In this document: in pieces, positions 36,748-46,695 of the stretch
Position numbering within the stretch: position 1 is the stretch's first letter
Layout of the letters: every line of letters starts with the position of its first letter
Origin: Candidatus Thalassarchaeaceae archaeon
GTDB taxonomy: Archaea; Thermoplasmatota; Poseidoniia; Poseidoniales; Thalassarchaeaceae
DNA: 64,000 bases
Reading direction: 5' to 3'
Assembly: GCA_943841885.1 (NCBI GenBank)
Contig: CALSZZ010000001.1
Location: 265,156-329,155 of the forward strand
Made by a program: the position numbers and the translations under genes
The notes under the pieces: model-generated
What the model was told of the DNA's origin: nothing
What the model saw: only the letters and a program-made list of their open reading frames with translations
The model's database searches: none

Positions 36748-37719
36748 ATGGTAGAAGCATTCGCGCCCGGTAAATGCATACTTTTTGGAGAACATGCAGT
36801 AGTATATGGCCATCCAGCAGTTGCCCTCGCCATTGACCAAGGAGTACGCGTTTCATTAAAAAAATCTGAAGAATGGCGGATTGGAGGGGAAAAATTTGAT
36901 CCGTTCAAACACCCACATATTTCTCATATTTTACATAAAATATTTTATTATAATGGAGAGCCACTGGATATAAAGATAGAAAGTCAACTATTCCCCGCGG
37001 CTGGATTGGGATCCTCAGCGGCCTTGTCTAACGCCATAGGTGCTGCTTTACATAAGATGATGAAACCTAACGAAAAATTAGATATTGTTAAATTGGCTAA
37101 AATAGGACATTCTGCAGAGGCAGCTGCACAAGAGGGTCGTGCTAGTCCAACTGATACTGCAACAAGTGCACTTGGAGGTTGTGTAGTAGTATCTGGAGAG
37201 CCCGTAAAAGGTACTGAGCATATTTTTAATACTGAATTAGTTACTCCTGAAGGAAAACGTTCTTGGTCAATTTATAAATCAATATTGCCTGAAAAGACAG
37301 ATGGAATATGGTTGATATTAGGATTTACTGGAGAGAGCTCCCCTACAGGAAAAATGGTTGCAGGAGTTGCAAATTTATTATCCCAAGTACCTAGTAAAAA
37401 AGATGAAATGGAGGCAATTAATGAAATTACTCTCAAAGGACTTGATGCTTTATCAAAAGGTAATTTTGAAGCCGTGGGATTGGCAATGGATGAATGCCAT
37501 GAACATCTTCAGAATCTAAATGTCAGCAGCGATTCTTTGGACAGGTTAGTTGAAGCCGTTAGGCCATACTCATTGGGTGCGAAAATGACAGGTGCAGGAG
37601 GAGGAGGATGTATTGTTGCAATATCGAGAAATCCTCAAAGAGTATCTGAACAGATAGAAATTGCAGGAGGGATACCTATGATTTCAAAAATAGGAACTAA
37701 GGGTGTAAAAATAATTTAA
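36748..37719 (+). CDS. mvk: mevalonate kinase
   Basis: APGKCILFGEHAVVYG, GHMP motif PAAGLGSSAA, KMTGAGGGGC. Confidence 0.8.
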   Translation: MVEAFAPGKCILFGEHAVVYGHPAVALAIDQGVRVSLKKSEEWRIGGEKFDPFKHPHISHILHKIFYYNGEPLDIKIESQLFPAAGLGSSAALSNAIGAALHKMMKPNEKLDIVKLAKIGHSAEAAAQEGRASPTDTATSALGGCVVVSGEPVKGTEHIFNTELVTPEGKRSWSIYKSILPEKTDGIWLILGFTGESSPTGKMVAGVANLLSQVPSKKDEMEAINEITLKGLDALSKGNFEAVGLAMDECHEHLQNLNVSSDSLDRLVEAVRPYSLGAKMTGAGGGGCIVAISRNPQRVSEQIEIAGGIPMISKIGTKGVKII

Positions 37720-37770
37720 AAAATAGTTTTTTTGTTTTTATGACTATTTTATTCAAGCCCTAAATAAAAT

Positions 37771-37781
37771 ATCATTTATAA
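37771..37781 (+). promoter_or_regulatory. candidate TATA box for a leaderless tbp transcript
   Basis: ATCATTTATAA is centred about 25 nt upstream of ATG 37804, the spacing expected for archaeal TATA-to-TSS with a leaderless mRNA. Confidence 0.3.
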
Positions 37782-37803
37782 GTGATATTATGTGGGGCAA
37801 GAT

Positions 37804-38526
37804 ATGCTTAGTGATGAAGAACGCTTAACTGTTGTAAATGTAGTAGCATCTACAAGAGTCGCAGAAGAACTAGATTTGCCAGATATTGCCATACAATTGA
37901 ATTGTGAATATGAACCAGAACAATTTCCAGGGGTAGTTTATCGCGTCGTAGATCCGAAACTTGCAATACTTATGTTTCGATCAGGAAGAGCAGTTTGTAC
38001 TGGAGGTAAAAATGAAGATAATATCCATACCGGAATTAAACGTATGACTGAGGATTTAAAGGCTGCAGGAATCGATACATGGGATCTTAAAGATGTTGAA
38101 ATAGAAGTTCAAAATATGGTTGCTACATACTCCCTATATTTTCCAGAGGATTACGATCAAATAGCAGAGAGAGATGATATTAATTGTAAACTAATAGTAA
38201 ATGAAGACGGGACTCTTAGAGCAGCAACAGACCAAGAAATAAAGGATGATGATCCAAGAATAAGAGGAGTTAAAGAAGGCGAGTTATTAGCGGGTTTACC
38301 CAGAAAATTAAATTTGAATAATCTGACATTTCATCTACCTTTTGATAAAGTTGAATATGAACCAGAGCAATTTCCAGGTTTAATTTACAGATTAGATTAT
38401 CCAAAAGTAGTATGTCTAATATTTGGCAGTGGAAAAATGGTAATTACAGGTGCTCGTCACAAGGATGAAATCTTAGAAGCAGTACAATTTATTCAAGATG
38501 AATTAGCAGATTTACTCTATCAGTAG
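37804..38526 (+). CDS. tbp: TATA-box binding protein with a ~55-aa insertion in repeat 2
   Basis: Two TBP repeats (VVNVVAS...EYEPEQFPGVVYRV...FRSGRAVCTG and VQNMVAT...EYEPEQFPGLIYRL...FGSGKMVITG). The track ORF starts at GTG 37792. Confidence 0.9.
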   Translation: MLSDEERLTVVNVVASTRVAEELDLPDIAIQLNCEYEPEQFPGVVYRVVDPKLAILMFRSGRAVCTGGKNEDNIHTGIKRMTEDLKAAGIDTWDLKDVEIEVQNMVATYSLYFPEDYDQIAERDDINCKLIVNEDGTLRAATDQEIKDDDPRIRGVKEGELLAGLPRKLNLNNLTFHLPFDKVEYEPEQFPGLIYRLDYPKVVCLIFGSGKMVITGARHKDEILEAVQFIQDELADLLYQ

Positions 38527-38565
38527 AAAACCAACTTTTATCCATAATGGCCATTGCATAGGGCT

Positions 38566-41500
38566 ATGAGAAAAGTCGGAGGTAAAGTAATTTTACTTAC
38601 TTTGCTAATTTTATCATCGATATTATTGACCATTGTGAGTTCAGAAAATAAAAATTTAGCATATAACTTGCAATACACAAACGAGGTTAGTTCGCAAACG
38701 GGAATAGTAGACGTACAAAGTTGGCAAATTAATGATAATTGGATGTATGAAGGTTATCTTGATGTTGGGAATTTCATAACATCATCAGGAGTTTCCACTG
38801 ATATCGAGTATCTATCTGGGACACTGGAAAAAACAGTTACTGAAATATACATATCGGAAATTGATAATCACTCTTCGATTACATACAAACTAGAATCAAT
38901 CGGGAATTATGGGGCAAATAATGTTAATTTGGATGGTCAGAATGGCGATATTACTGTTGATATGCTAACAACAGAGATTATTCGTGCTTCTGACATGGCT
39001 GTAGTTTCACAGTCTGCAATTGTGGAAATAGTCTTTTGTTACTATGTCTTTTTTTGGTGCATAGATATTGATGTTGCAGAATTAAATGTAACAAATTCTT
39101 ACTCTCCTGCCTTAGAAGGATTAGATTTTCCATTAAGTGTTGGTGAAACTTGGAGTGTAAATTACCATCAAGAAACAGAATACAGTGGAGAGAGCAATCT
39201 TGGTGTAGATATCCCTGATGATACAAATGATGAAAACTCGACAAGCTGGTCGGTTGTTTCTCAAGGTTATTCTGGAGTAAGTTATACTGGATGTTCTCAA
39301 TCATATAACATTACCACATACAATAGTGATGGAGAGGTAAGCGGATACAGATGGTATTGCCCTGCCATAAAAGGAGACATTAAATCATCGTTTACAGAGA
39401 GCATAGGATTCAATGCCGTACATGAATTAACTACTTATCAACCAAGTACCAGAGCGAACGTGATCGAAATAGATATCCAATACCCACTTTCCCCTTTAGA
39501 TACTGAAATATTCGCTTGGATAAATGTTACTAATCAAGGATCTCCTATTGCTAATCAGACAATGGATTTTAGATATGAAATTGAAGATGAAATTCGACAG
39601 ATAATCACTGATGAAAATGGAACTTGTTATTTGGAATTCAGCACTGGAAACTCAACAGATGATTCGATATCAAATAGTGATTTTGCAAGCCATGGCATAA
39701 TTTCATGGATTAGTAATCAGAACGTAATAGGAGTTTCTTCACTAAGTATGGATTTAGATGTCCACGAGGTAGATTTAGTAACTAGAAATGAAGGAGTGAC
39801 AGTAGAAAGGACACGCGATAATAATACAATAACTTTAGATTCCAGTATAGGATTTAATGCAATATCAGGAGATTATTTAGTTTTCTCAGTACCAGTTCTT
39901 AACAGAGGTTTGATTAATTCTCCACCCACTGAATTAAGAGTTGATTCACCAGATGGGAATACTGCTTTTACTTATGTCCCCTCACTGAGTAGTCTTGAAG
40001 AATCTAGAGTAGAAATTAACTGGACAGTTCCAGAAAATCAAATTTTTGGTTCTACTCATCTTGAATTCTTAGTAGATCCAGATGAAAATATTTCTGAAGA
40101 TGGTAATAAGTCGAATAACCAAGGTTTATTTTCAGTATATATCGGAGCTTTGCCAACGGCAGTATTATCTCTACCGAATATGATTAATACTTTAGAAGAG
40201 GTTGTAATAAGTGGCCTTTCATCTGTAGACCATGATGGTGGAGATTATGTTTGTGAGTTCGATATAGAAACTACAGGAGGTGGTTTGGATACTATTTTAG
40301 AAGATGACTGTGAATTGGAATGGACATGGGGTGATGATGGTAATTTTAGCATATATTTGACTATTATAGATGAAGAAAGTGATCAATCTTCAACAGTAGC
40401 ATCTATCATTGTGCTCAATAGACCTCCTGAAATCGTACTTGTGGCAAATTATGATACCATTCCAGTCCTTTCGGAAGTGACGTTTGAAATCACCGAAAGA
40501 AATGACCCAGATACTCAGACGCCAAACTCTCCTGTTGATATTCTTTGGAATAATACATCCTGTAAAGAAGGTCAGATAGGGGTTAAGTGTACGGTAACTG
40601 CTGTTGCAGAAGGAGGCTTTTCGATTGGTGTATCGGCTACCGATGATGATGGTGAAACAGTATATGAAACATATACCGTTGAAGTCACTAATATAGCCCC
40701 CTATAATGGTCAAATAGAGGTTTATACAGGAGCACAAAAAATTACTCCAGATAATAGAGGCGTATTTACTGCAGATGAGGGAGAAAAATTGACCATACGC
40801 GCGTGGGCAAGTGATTCCATTAATGATATCGATAGCCTACAGTTTTCATGGTCTCCGGATGCTGAAAATAATCCAGAAATTATTCATCAAAAACAAGGAA
40901 GTGAGAGTTTCATAAATCATACCTATAATTACAGTGGCCTTCAATTGGCAACTCTACAGATAGTTGATGATGATGGTGCACCATTAATTTTCGATAATGG
41001 AGAAGAAATTTTAATTATTCCGATTGAAATAATAAATCTTAATCCATCAATAGTATCCCTAAATCAGAGGCTGCCAGTAGAAGAAGGAGAGGAGTTACTT
41101 TTCAATATTGGAGTTTCGGATACCGATAATGATATTTCAGATTTATACTCATGTTTTGATATTAATCCATTACTAGATTCTGATTCATCAGGTCTGGCTA
41201 ATGATGATTGTGATTACAATAGTAATTACTTGGCTTACACATGGGATGATGTAAGTATAGCTCCAGAATATATAATATTCCATGTGTCCGATGATGATGG
41301 TGCTTCAGCGAGTATAGAAATAGAAATAGATGTTAGGAATGTTAGGCCTGCTGCAGTAGCAAGTATAGATGAAATAAATCCAGTTCAAGGAGATATTATT
41401 TCATTGAGTGCTAATGGGACAGTGGATTCAGAGTATGATATTGAAAATATGATTTATCATTGGGATACGGATGTCTCAGTAGACTCTGATAATGACGGAG

Positions 41501-41982
41501 ATCCATCAAATGATGTTGATATCCAGGGAAGATGGGTACAAGTTATTTATGACACAGAAGGTAAGAAAAATGTTAAACTGACCGTTTATGATGAGTCGGA
41601 AAGTAATTCTGTATATATGGTGGTTAATGTGGCTAAGTCTCCATTTGACTTTACAACAAGTATTAAGCAAAATTCAGCGTCTATCTTGCTAATTATACTG
41701 ATTGCTCTAGCAGGGACAATATTAACACTAAGGAATAAAGAAAATAAAGAATCAGATGCTAGAGAGGAAGAATCCGCGGTATCAATTGACCAGATATTTG
41801 ATAATTTAGATGATGAGATAGAAAAAAATAAAAGAAAATTGAAAAGGAAAATTGAAGAAGAAAATAAAGAAATAATTTCTGAATCTTTGAGTGTAATAAA
41901 TTTAGAAGAATCGGAGAAAGATAAAATGACCATAAATGAGGTCCTAAGTGAAGAAGACATCGAAGCACTCTTTGAGGAGTAG
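38566..41982 (+). CDS. large cell-surface protein with CARDB and multiple PKD-like domains, C-terminal TM anchor
   Basis: N-terminal signal/TM. CARDB-like segment (VLNRGL...VDPDENISEDGNKSNN). At least 5 PKD-like repeats (e.g. GFSIGVSATDDDGETVYETYTVEVTNIAP). TM ILLIILIALAGTILTL followed by a charged tail. Confidence 0.75.
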   Translation: MRKVGGKVILLTLLILSSILLTIVSSENKNLAYNLQYTNEVSSQTGIVDVQSWQINDNWMYEGYLDVGNFITSSGVSTDIEYLSGTLEKTVTEIYISEIDNHSSITYKLESIGNYGANNVNLDGQNGDITVDMLTTEIIRASDMAVVSQSAIVEIVFCYYVFFWCIDIDVAELNVTNSYSPALEGLDFPLSVGETWSVNYHQETEYSGESNLGVDIPDDTNDENSTSWSVVSQGYSGVSYTGCSQSYNITTYNSDGEVSGYRWYCPAIKGDIKSSFTESIGFNAVHELTTYQPSTRANVIEIDIQYPLSPLDTEIFAWINVTNQGSPIANQTMDFRYEIEDEIRQIITDENGTCYLEFSTGNSTDDSISNSDFASHGIISWISNQNVIGVSSLSMDLDVHEVDLVTRNEGVTVERTRDNNTITLDSSIGFNAISGDYLVFSVPVLNRGLINSPPTELRVDSPDGNTAFTYVPSLSSLEESRVEINWTVPENQIFGSTHLEFLVDPDENISEDGNKSNNQGLFSVYIGALPTAVLSLPNMINTLEEVVISGLSSVDHDGGDYVCEFDIETTGGGLDTILEDDCELEWTWGDDGNFSIYLTIIDEESDQSSTVASIIVLNRPPEIVLVANYDTIPVLSEVTFEITERNDPDTQTPNSPVDILWNNTSCKEGQIGVKCTVTAVAEGGFSIGVSATDDDGETVYETYTVEVTNIAPYNGQIEVYTGAQKITPDNRGVFTADEGEKLTIRAWASDSINDIDSLQFSWSPDAENNPEIIHQKQGSESFINHTYNYSGLQLATLQIVDDDGAPLIFDNGEEILIIPIEIINLNPSIVSLNQRLPVEEGEELLFNIGVSDTDNDISDLYSCFDINPLLDSDSSGLANDDCDYNSNYLAYTWDDVSIAPEYIIFHVSDDDGASASIEIEIDVRNVRPAAVASIDEINPVQGDIISLSANGTVDSEYDIENMIYHWDTDVSVDSDNDGDPSNDVDIQGRWVQVIYDTEGKKNVKLTVYDESESNSVYMVVNVAKSPFDFTTSIKQNSASILLIILIALAGTILTLRNKENKESDAREEESAVSIDQIFDNLDDEIEKNKRKLKRKIEEENKEIISESLSVINLEESEKDKMTINEVLSEEDIEALFEE

Positions 41983-41996
41983 GGTTCCGAGGCAGT

Positions 41997-42458
41997 ATGG
42001 TCAATCTCTTTCGACTTTTGGGTTTACCAAATCCTAACCCTTCAAATATGAATAAAGTCATAAAAAACTCAATTAAAGACAAATATGAATCGAATAATAA
42101 TAATGCTATGCTAATATTATCGGATCCGCGTGTTTCTGAAAGAACAGAGCGCCTGTTGGAGAAGCCTAATCGAAAAGTAATATACTTAAAACCGGATAGT
42201 CTAAATCGCTTACAACTTACTGGAATGGGCCATGAATTATCAGAAGGAAATCTTATTTTGGTAGATTTATCTGGTTTAATTCATATGCCTAGTCAAACCG
42301 CAAAATGTAATCGTGAAGTAAATCAGTTAGCAGAAAATAATGGAGTGGCTGCATTCGCTTTGAATGATTCCGACACATTGATAATGATTCCAGGGTCAAA
42401 AATGAGAATAGATACTAAGAAGCATAGGCTTGGACTATCTGAACTGAAAAAGGAATAA
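41997..42458 (+). CDS. SepF-like cell-division protein (tentative)
   Basis: C-terminal half VIYLKPDSLN...GNLILVDLSGL...AENNGVAAFALNDSDTLIMIPG follows the SepF domain pattern. Recognised by eye only. Confidence 0.4.
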   Translation: MVNLFRLLGLPNPNPSNMNKVIKNSIKDKYESNNNNAMLILSDPRVSERTERLLEKPNRKVIYLKPDSLNRLQLTGMGHELSEGNLILVDLSGLIHMPSQTAKCNREVNQLAENNGVAAFALNDSDTLIMIPGSKMRIDTKKHRLGLSELKKE

Positions 42459-42459
42459 A

Positions 42460-42696
42460 TTATTTTTTTTCTCCTGGCCTGTATGAAACATCTTTTTCTT
42501 CTAGCCATGAGTCTAGTTCTTTAGACATAATTTCTTTAACGGTTATTCTCAAGAAATCCCTATATGCCAGCCATTTATCTATTTCTTTAATATCATTACC
42601 TCTTTCTTTTTTACGTAATATTGATGCATCAGAATAGGTAATACAATGTTCTAGAAAAGATGCAACTAATTGTCTTTTTTCTTCAATTTTCATCAA
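42460..42696 (-). CDS. hypothetical protein (78 aa)
   Basis: Overlaps the bcp stop by 4 nt. No motif recognised. Confidence 0.4.
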   Translation of the reverse strand: MMKIEEKRQLVASFLEHCITYSDASILRKKERGNDIKEIDKWLAYRDFLRITVKEIMSKELDSWLEEKDVSYRPGEKK

Positions 42697-43187
42697 GCAG
42701 CACCTAATTCTATGATTAGTTTTTCAACATGCCCTTTTACTTTAACTCCATATTTTACCCATGAAATTGAGCCATCTTTGGAAATAGCAAATGTAGATCT
42801 TAAGCATCCCATGTATTCTTTACCATACATATTTTTCATTCTCCATGTGCCGTATAGTTTGTGAAGACTTGAGTCAGAATCGACAACTAAATCAAATGGT
42901 AATTTAAATTTATTAGTAAATTTTTCATGACTAGTAGACGAATCCGTGGAGACTCCTATGACTTTCCAGCCAGTTTCTTTGAATCTTGAAAAATTATCTC
43001 TAAAATCACATGCCTGAGTAGTGCAACCAGGCGTATTATCCCTAGGATAAAAATATAATATAACGCCTTCTCCTTGACTGATAATTTTAGATAATTTTAT
43101 TTTTTCACCGTTTGTAATTGTACATTCGAAATCAGGCGCAATATCTCCTACAGAAAGTTTTACTTCTTCGACCATGTCATTGCGCAA
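42693..43187 (-). CDS. bcp: peroxiredoxin Bcp
   Basis: YFYPRDNTPGCTTQACDFRD. Confidence 0.85.
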   Translation of the reverse strand: MRNDMVEEVKLSVGDIAPDFECTITNGEKIKLSKIISQGEGVILYFYPRDNTPGCTTQACDFRDNFSRFKETGWKVIGVSTDSSTSHEKFTNKFKLPFDLVVDSDSSLHKLYGTWRMKNMYGKEYMGCLRSTFAISKDGSISWVKYGVKVKGHVEKLIIELGAA

Positions 43188-43206
43188 TAGTCATCACACA
43201 TGAAAT

Positions 43207-43777
43207 CTAGTTTTTCTCGATCATTGAAGTTACACGTACAGATGATGGATTTTTAGGAGGATCGCTAAACCCAAAATTGATTGGAGATGAGATTTTTGCA
43301 ATACTTCCGAAGGATTTTCCTTTATATTTAGCAGATGCATGCCTTACCCGTGATATACTTCTTACCATATACCATTCTTTTCTATTATCTTTTGTCTTCC
43401 CATGTGTCTTTGTACCAAAAAATAAATTTGCGAAAAAATATTCAAAATTTGAGATAAACCATCTGGGACGATTGAACGGGATTGGAAAACTCCATCCCCA
43501 TTCTATAAATATGGATAAATTTTTACTTTCAATCTCTATATTTTTTTTTCTTTCTTTTGACATTTAATGGGCTAATTATTACTTCTTCAAAGGAATAGAG
43601 GTTGGATACATAACTTGCGCACTCTGGCGAAGGAGAAATGAGTATTCTTTTTCCATCAGGTCTTGCCCACATTATATTGGTGAAACTCCCAAGGGGAGAA
43701 TCTACCCAATCTCCGATGACTATTCTTTCTCCAGATGAGAAAGACGAAGACGTTATTCTACCTTTAAAAATATCCAT
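43207..43777 (-). pseudogene. hypothetical protein split by a 1-nt frame change in an A9 tract
   Basis: Track ORFs 43529..43777 and 43207..43563 overlap at T9 (43541-43549, plus strand). Removing one A joins ...PLNVKRKKKNIEIESKNLSIFIEWGW... into one protein of about 190 aa. Confidence 0.5.
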
Positions 43778-43781
43778 ATTT

Positions 43782-44432
43782 TCACTTTCTCGATTCTAAA
43801 ATAATTTGTTTTTTTGACGCAGCCCATGAACATATGGGACAATTTCGTAAATCATGCCTCAAGGCTGGACAGTGTTCCCTTCCAAAAAATATTATCTGTA
43901 GATGTCTTCTGTTCCATGTATCTTCAGAGAATATTCTTTTCAAATCATATTCAGTTTGAATGACGGATTTCCCTTTTGACAAGCCCCATCTCTTAGCTAA
44001 TCTGTGTATGTGCGTATCTACTGGAAACGCGGGTAAACCAAAAGCCTGTGACATTACCACCCCCGCCGTCTTATGGCCAACTCCTGCAAGAGACTCCAGA
44101 AAATCCCAGTCGGGCTTTATTTCTCCTCCATTATCTATTATTTGTTTAGCCATTTTTTTCAAATTTTTTGCTTTAGTGGGTGCTAAACCAACTTCTCTGA
44201 TTATACTTTGGATTTCGCCCACTTCAAGAGAGTTCATTTTAATGGGACTATTAGCAACTTGGAATAACTTAGGAGTAACTTGATTGACTTTTTTATCCGT
44301 CGTTTGCGCAGAAAGCATTACTGCAACAAGAAGTGTGTATTCATCTATATGATCCAAAGGTATTGGTTGTTCTGGATACAAATCGTCCAATAATTTTCCT
44401 ATTCTAGTGGCCTTATCAATACGGCGCATCAT
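43782..44432 (-). CDS. nth: endonuclease III (HhH-GPD DNA glycosylase/AP lyase)
   Basis: SAQTTDK, helix-hairpin-helix LAGVGHKTAGVV, VDTHI and a C-terminal Cys cluster. GGGAG lies upstream of the ATG. Confidence 0.85.
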   Translation of the reverse strand: MMRRIDKATRIGKLLDDLYPEQPIPLDHIDEYTLLVAVMLSAQTTDKKVNQVTPKLFQVANSPIKMNSLEVGEIQSIIREVGLAPTKAKNLKKMAKQIIDNGGEIKPDWDFLESLAGVGHKTAGVVMSQAFGLPAFPVDTHIHRLAKRWGLSKGKSVIQTEYDLKRIFSEDTWNRRHLQIIFFGREHCPALRHDLRNCPICSWAASKKQIILESRK

Positions 44433-44638
44433 TACTCCCTCTGATCATCTTTTAATCCCATAATAAAAGCAATTATTAAGCACAAAGCAGGTATTCCATA
44501 ACAAGGACCATACATGAATTCTCCCCCTTCCATTGAATCGGATGTTGTACCTCCTAGTGCAATGTAAGAAACAAGGCCTAGTACTAAACTTGGCAATACT
44601 GCTACTCCCACAAATACAAGCCCGCGCGCTAGTCCCAT
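44432..44638 (-). CDS. small two-TM membrane protein (68 aa)
   Basis: Hydrophobic hairpin. Its stop overlaps the nth start (TAATG). Confidence 0.45.
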   Translation of the reverse strand: MGLARGLVFVGVAVLPSLVLGLVSYIALGGTTSDSMEGGEFMYGPCYGIPALCLIIAFIMGLKDDQRE

Positions 44639-44673
44639 GCCTCCGACTGATGCTAATATTTGATGAAGGTTCG

Positions 44674-46608
44674 TTATTTGCCAAAGAGAATTTCGATTTC
44701 ATCTCCGGACTTTGTATTAAGTACATCATTTGATTCTAGCCATCCTTTTCTGGCTATTTGAGTACCATACCAAATATCATTCAATCCGTTAGTATCATGA
44801 GCATCGGGATTAATACATATTGGGACACCGATTTCTTTAGCGTATTTACAAAATTTCCAATCTAAATCAAGACGATATGGCGATGCGTTAATTTCAACAG
44901 CTTTTAAAATTCCTTCTTCATTAAATTCAGCCATAGTACGTAAAATTGAATGCATGTCTAGAGGGAATCCTTCTCTCCCTTGTAAAATCCTACCAGTCGG
45001 GTGACCTAATATTGTAAATGTAGGATCTTCGATAGCTTTTATCAATAATTCCGTATTAGTAGATTCGTCTCTATTCCTCCAACTTCCTAGTGCATGAACG
45101 GAACCTATCACATGTGAGAGAGAATTGCGAATTTCTGAGGGATAGTCCAATTTACCATTCGATAATATATCACATTCTGAACCATGGAATAATCTAAAAT
45201 TTATGTTTTCATTTTGATAATACTCATTCAATTTATTAATCTCAATAGATTGATTGATTATTTCATCACTCGGAATCCCTATTTGCCTTCCTCCGATATT
45301 TAATGACTCTGAGTGATCTGCTATTCCCAAATACTCCCAACCGAGTTTTAATGCGTGATTAGCCATTTCTTCCAATGTTGCAGCACCGTCTGAAGAAGTT
45401 GTATGATTATGGAATGCACCTTTTATATCATCAATCTCTATTAGATTTGGTAAAAGACCTTGCAATGATGCTTCTATTTCCCCCATATCTTCACGTAATT
45501 CGGGAGCAACCCAATCCATATCCAAATTCTTATAGATGTCTAATTCAGTATTACATATAAGCGTATTTTTAGCTGCTTCCATTCCTATTTTATCGCCTGC
45601 TTCCTTCTCTGAGAAAAGTCCAAACTCATTTAACCTCAATCCTTTATCAATTGCTCTCTGGCGCATACGTATATTATGTTCTTTAGATCCTGTAAAGTAC
45701 GCTAATGTAAATGGAAATGCTTCAGGACTCACTATTCTAATTTGAGCATCGATTGTAGAATTAAGGGATCTTTCTGAAATATTTTCTGAAAGACCAAAAT
45801 CTAATTCTTTTTTGATAATAGGCTCTGCCAGCATTTCTGATTCCAAAATCAAGCTAATCTTAGAAGTTCCTTGGCCCTTTACATCGGCAATTCCTGAGAA
45901 GTTCATTATTTGATTAATTATTTTTTCTTGATGTTCTATTTCGGCACTTAGAACTATGTCTAAATCGCCAATTGTTTCTCTCATTCGTCTAGCACTTCCT
46001 GCAAGTTGTGCTTTCAATACATTAGGGATTTTTGAAATTTTATTTTCTAAAGAGTGCCCATAGGCTAGGCCGATATCCATTCTACTACGGCCTTGATATC
46101 TATGGAGTAACTCGATACCTTCAAGATACTTTTCTTGACTTTTTGCTCCAAAACCTTGCAAAGAAGCTATGTTGTTATTTTCACATGCTATTTTTAATTT
46201 CTCAAGAGAGTCGATATTTAATTCTTCATAAAGTAATCTGACTCTTTTTGGACCTAAACTAGGTATTCCTGTCATCTCAATAAGGCCTGGAGGGATTTTA
46301 TCATATAATTCGCCAAGACTACCCCAGGAACCATGTAATACTGCTTCTGAGATTAGGCCACCAATTCCCTTTCCAATTCCCTTAATATCGGTAAGTCTAT
46401 TCTCTTCAACAACCAATAGTAAATCCTCTTCTAAAGTAGCCAAGGCGCGACTTGCATTTTGATATGCTATAACTTTAAATCTATTAGCTCCATCTAATTC
46501 AAGTAATACTGCTACTTGTTCAAAAGTAGTTGCAATTTGTGTTTTTGACATGAATGGAGGAGAAGTAGTACGTGGAATAGGTAGACTCCATCCAGATATA
46601 CTCGCCAT
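44674..46608 (-). CDS. polX: family X DNA polymerase with C-terminal PHP domain
   Basis: HhH motifs (IKGIGKGIG, GIPSLGPKR), GSARR...GDLDIV nucleotidyltransferase core, PHP HNHTTSSDG...ADH...HGSE. An alternative start is ATG 46551. Confidence 0.85.
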   Translation of the reverse strand: MASISGWSLPIPRTTSPPFMSKTQIATTFEQVAVLLELDGANRFKVIAYQNASRALATLEEDLLLVVEENRLTDIKGIGKGIGGLISEAVLHGSWGSLGELYDKIPPGLIEMTGIPSLGPKRVRLLYEELNIDSLEKLKIACENNNIASLQGFGAKSQEKYLEGIELLHRYQGRSRMDIGLAYGHSLENKISKIPNVLKAQLAGSARRMRETIGDLDIVLSAEIEHQEKIINQIMNFSGIADVKGQGTSKISLILESEMLAEPIIKKELDFGLSENISERSLNSTIDAQIRIVSPEAFPFTLAYFTGSKEHNIRMRQRAIDKGLRLNEFGLFSEKEAGDKIGMEAAKNTLICNTELDIYKNLDMDWVAPELREDMGEIEASLQGLLPNLIEIDDIKGAFHNHTTSSDGAATLEEMANHALKLGWEYLGIADHSESLNIGGRQIGIPSDEIINQSIEINKLNEYYQNENINFRLFHGSECDILSNGKLDYPSEIRNSLSHVIGSVHALGSWRNRDESTNTELLIKAIEDPTFTILGHPTGRILQGREGFPLDMHSILRTMAEFNEEGILKAVEINASPYRLDLDWKFCKYAKEIGVPICINPDAHDTNGLNDIWYGTQIARKGWLESNDVLNTKSGDEIEILFGK

Positions 46609-46695
46609 GACCAGTACATGGAGTCATATAACTTCATCTTGCCCCTCTTGTGTTTCATAATGCTTCACTAATCTAAACAAGTAAGAGGGTCTCCG

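Noticed and set aside
37915-38378. 26-nt near-identical direct repeat (GAATATGAACCAGA(A/G)CAATTTCCAGG)
   Set aside because: It is the conserved EYEPEQFPG motif of the two intragenic TBP repeats, not a mobile-element repeat.
44445-44733. Overlapping track ORFs 44445..44729 (-) and 44533..44733 (+)
   Set aside because: They span the polX 3' end and the small membrane ORF. Their translations lack plausible features, and the 68-aa two-TM ORF plus polX account for the sequence.
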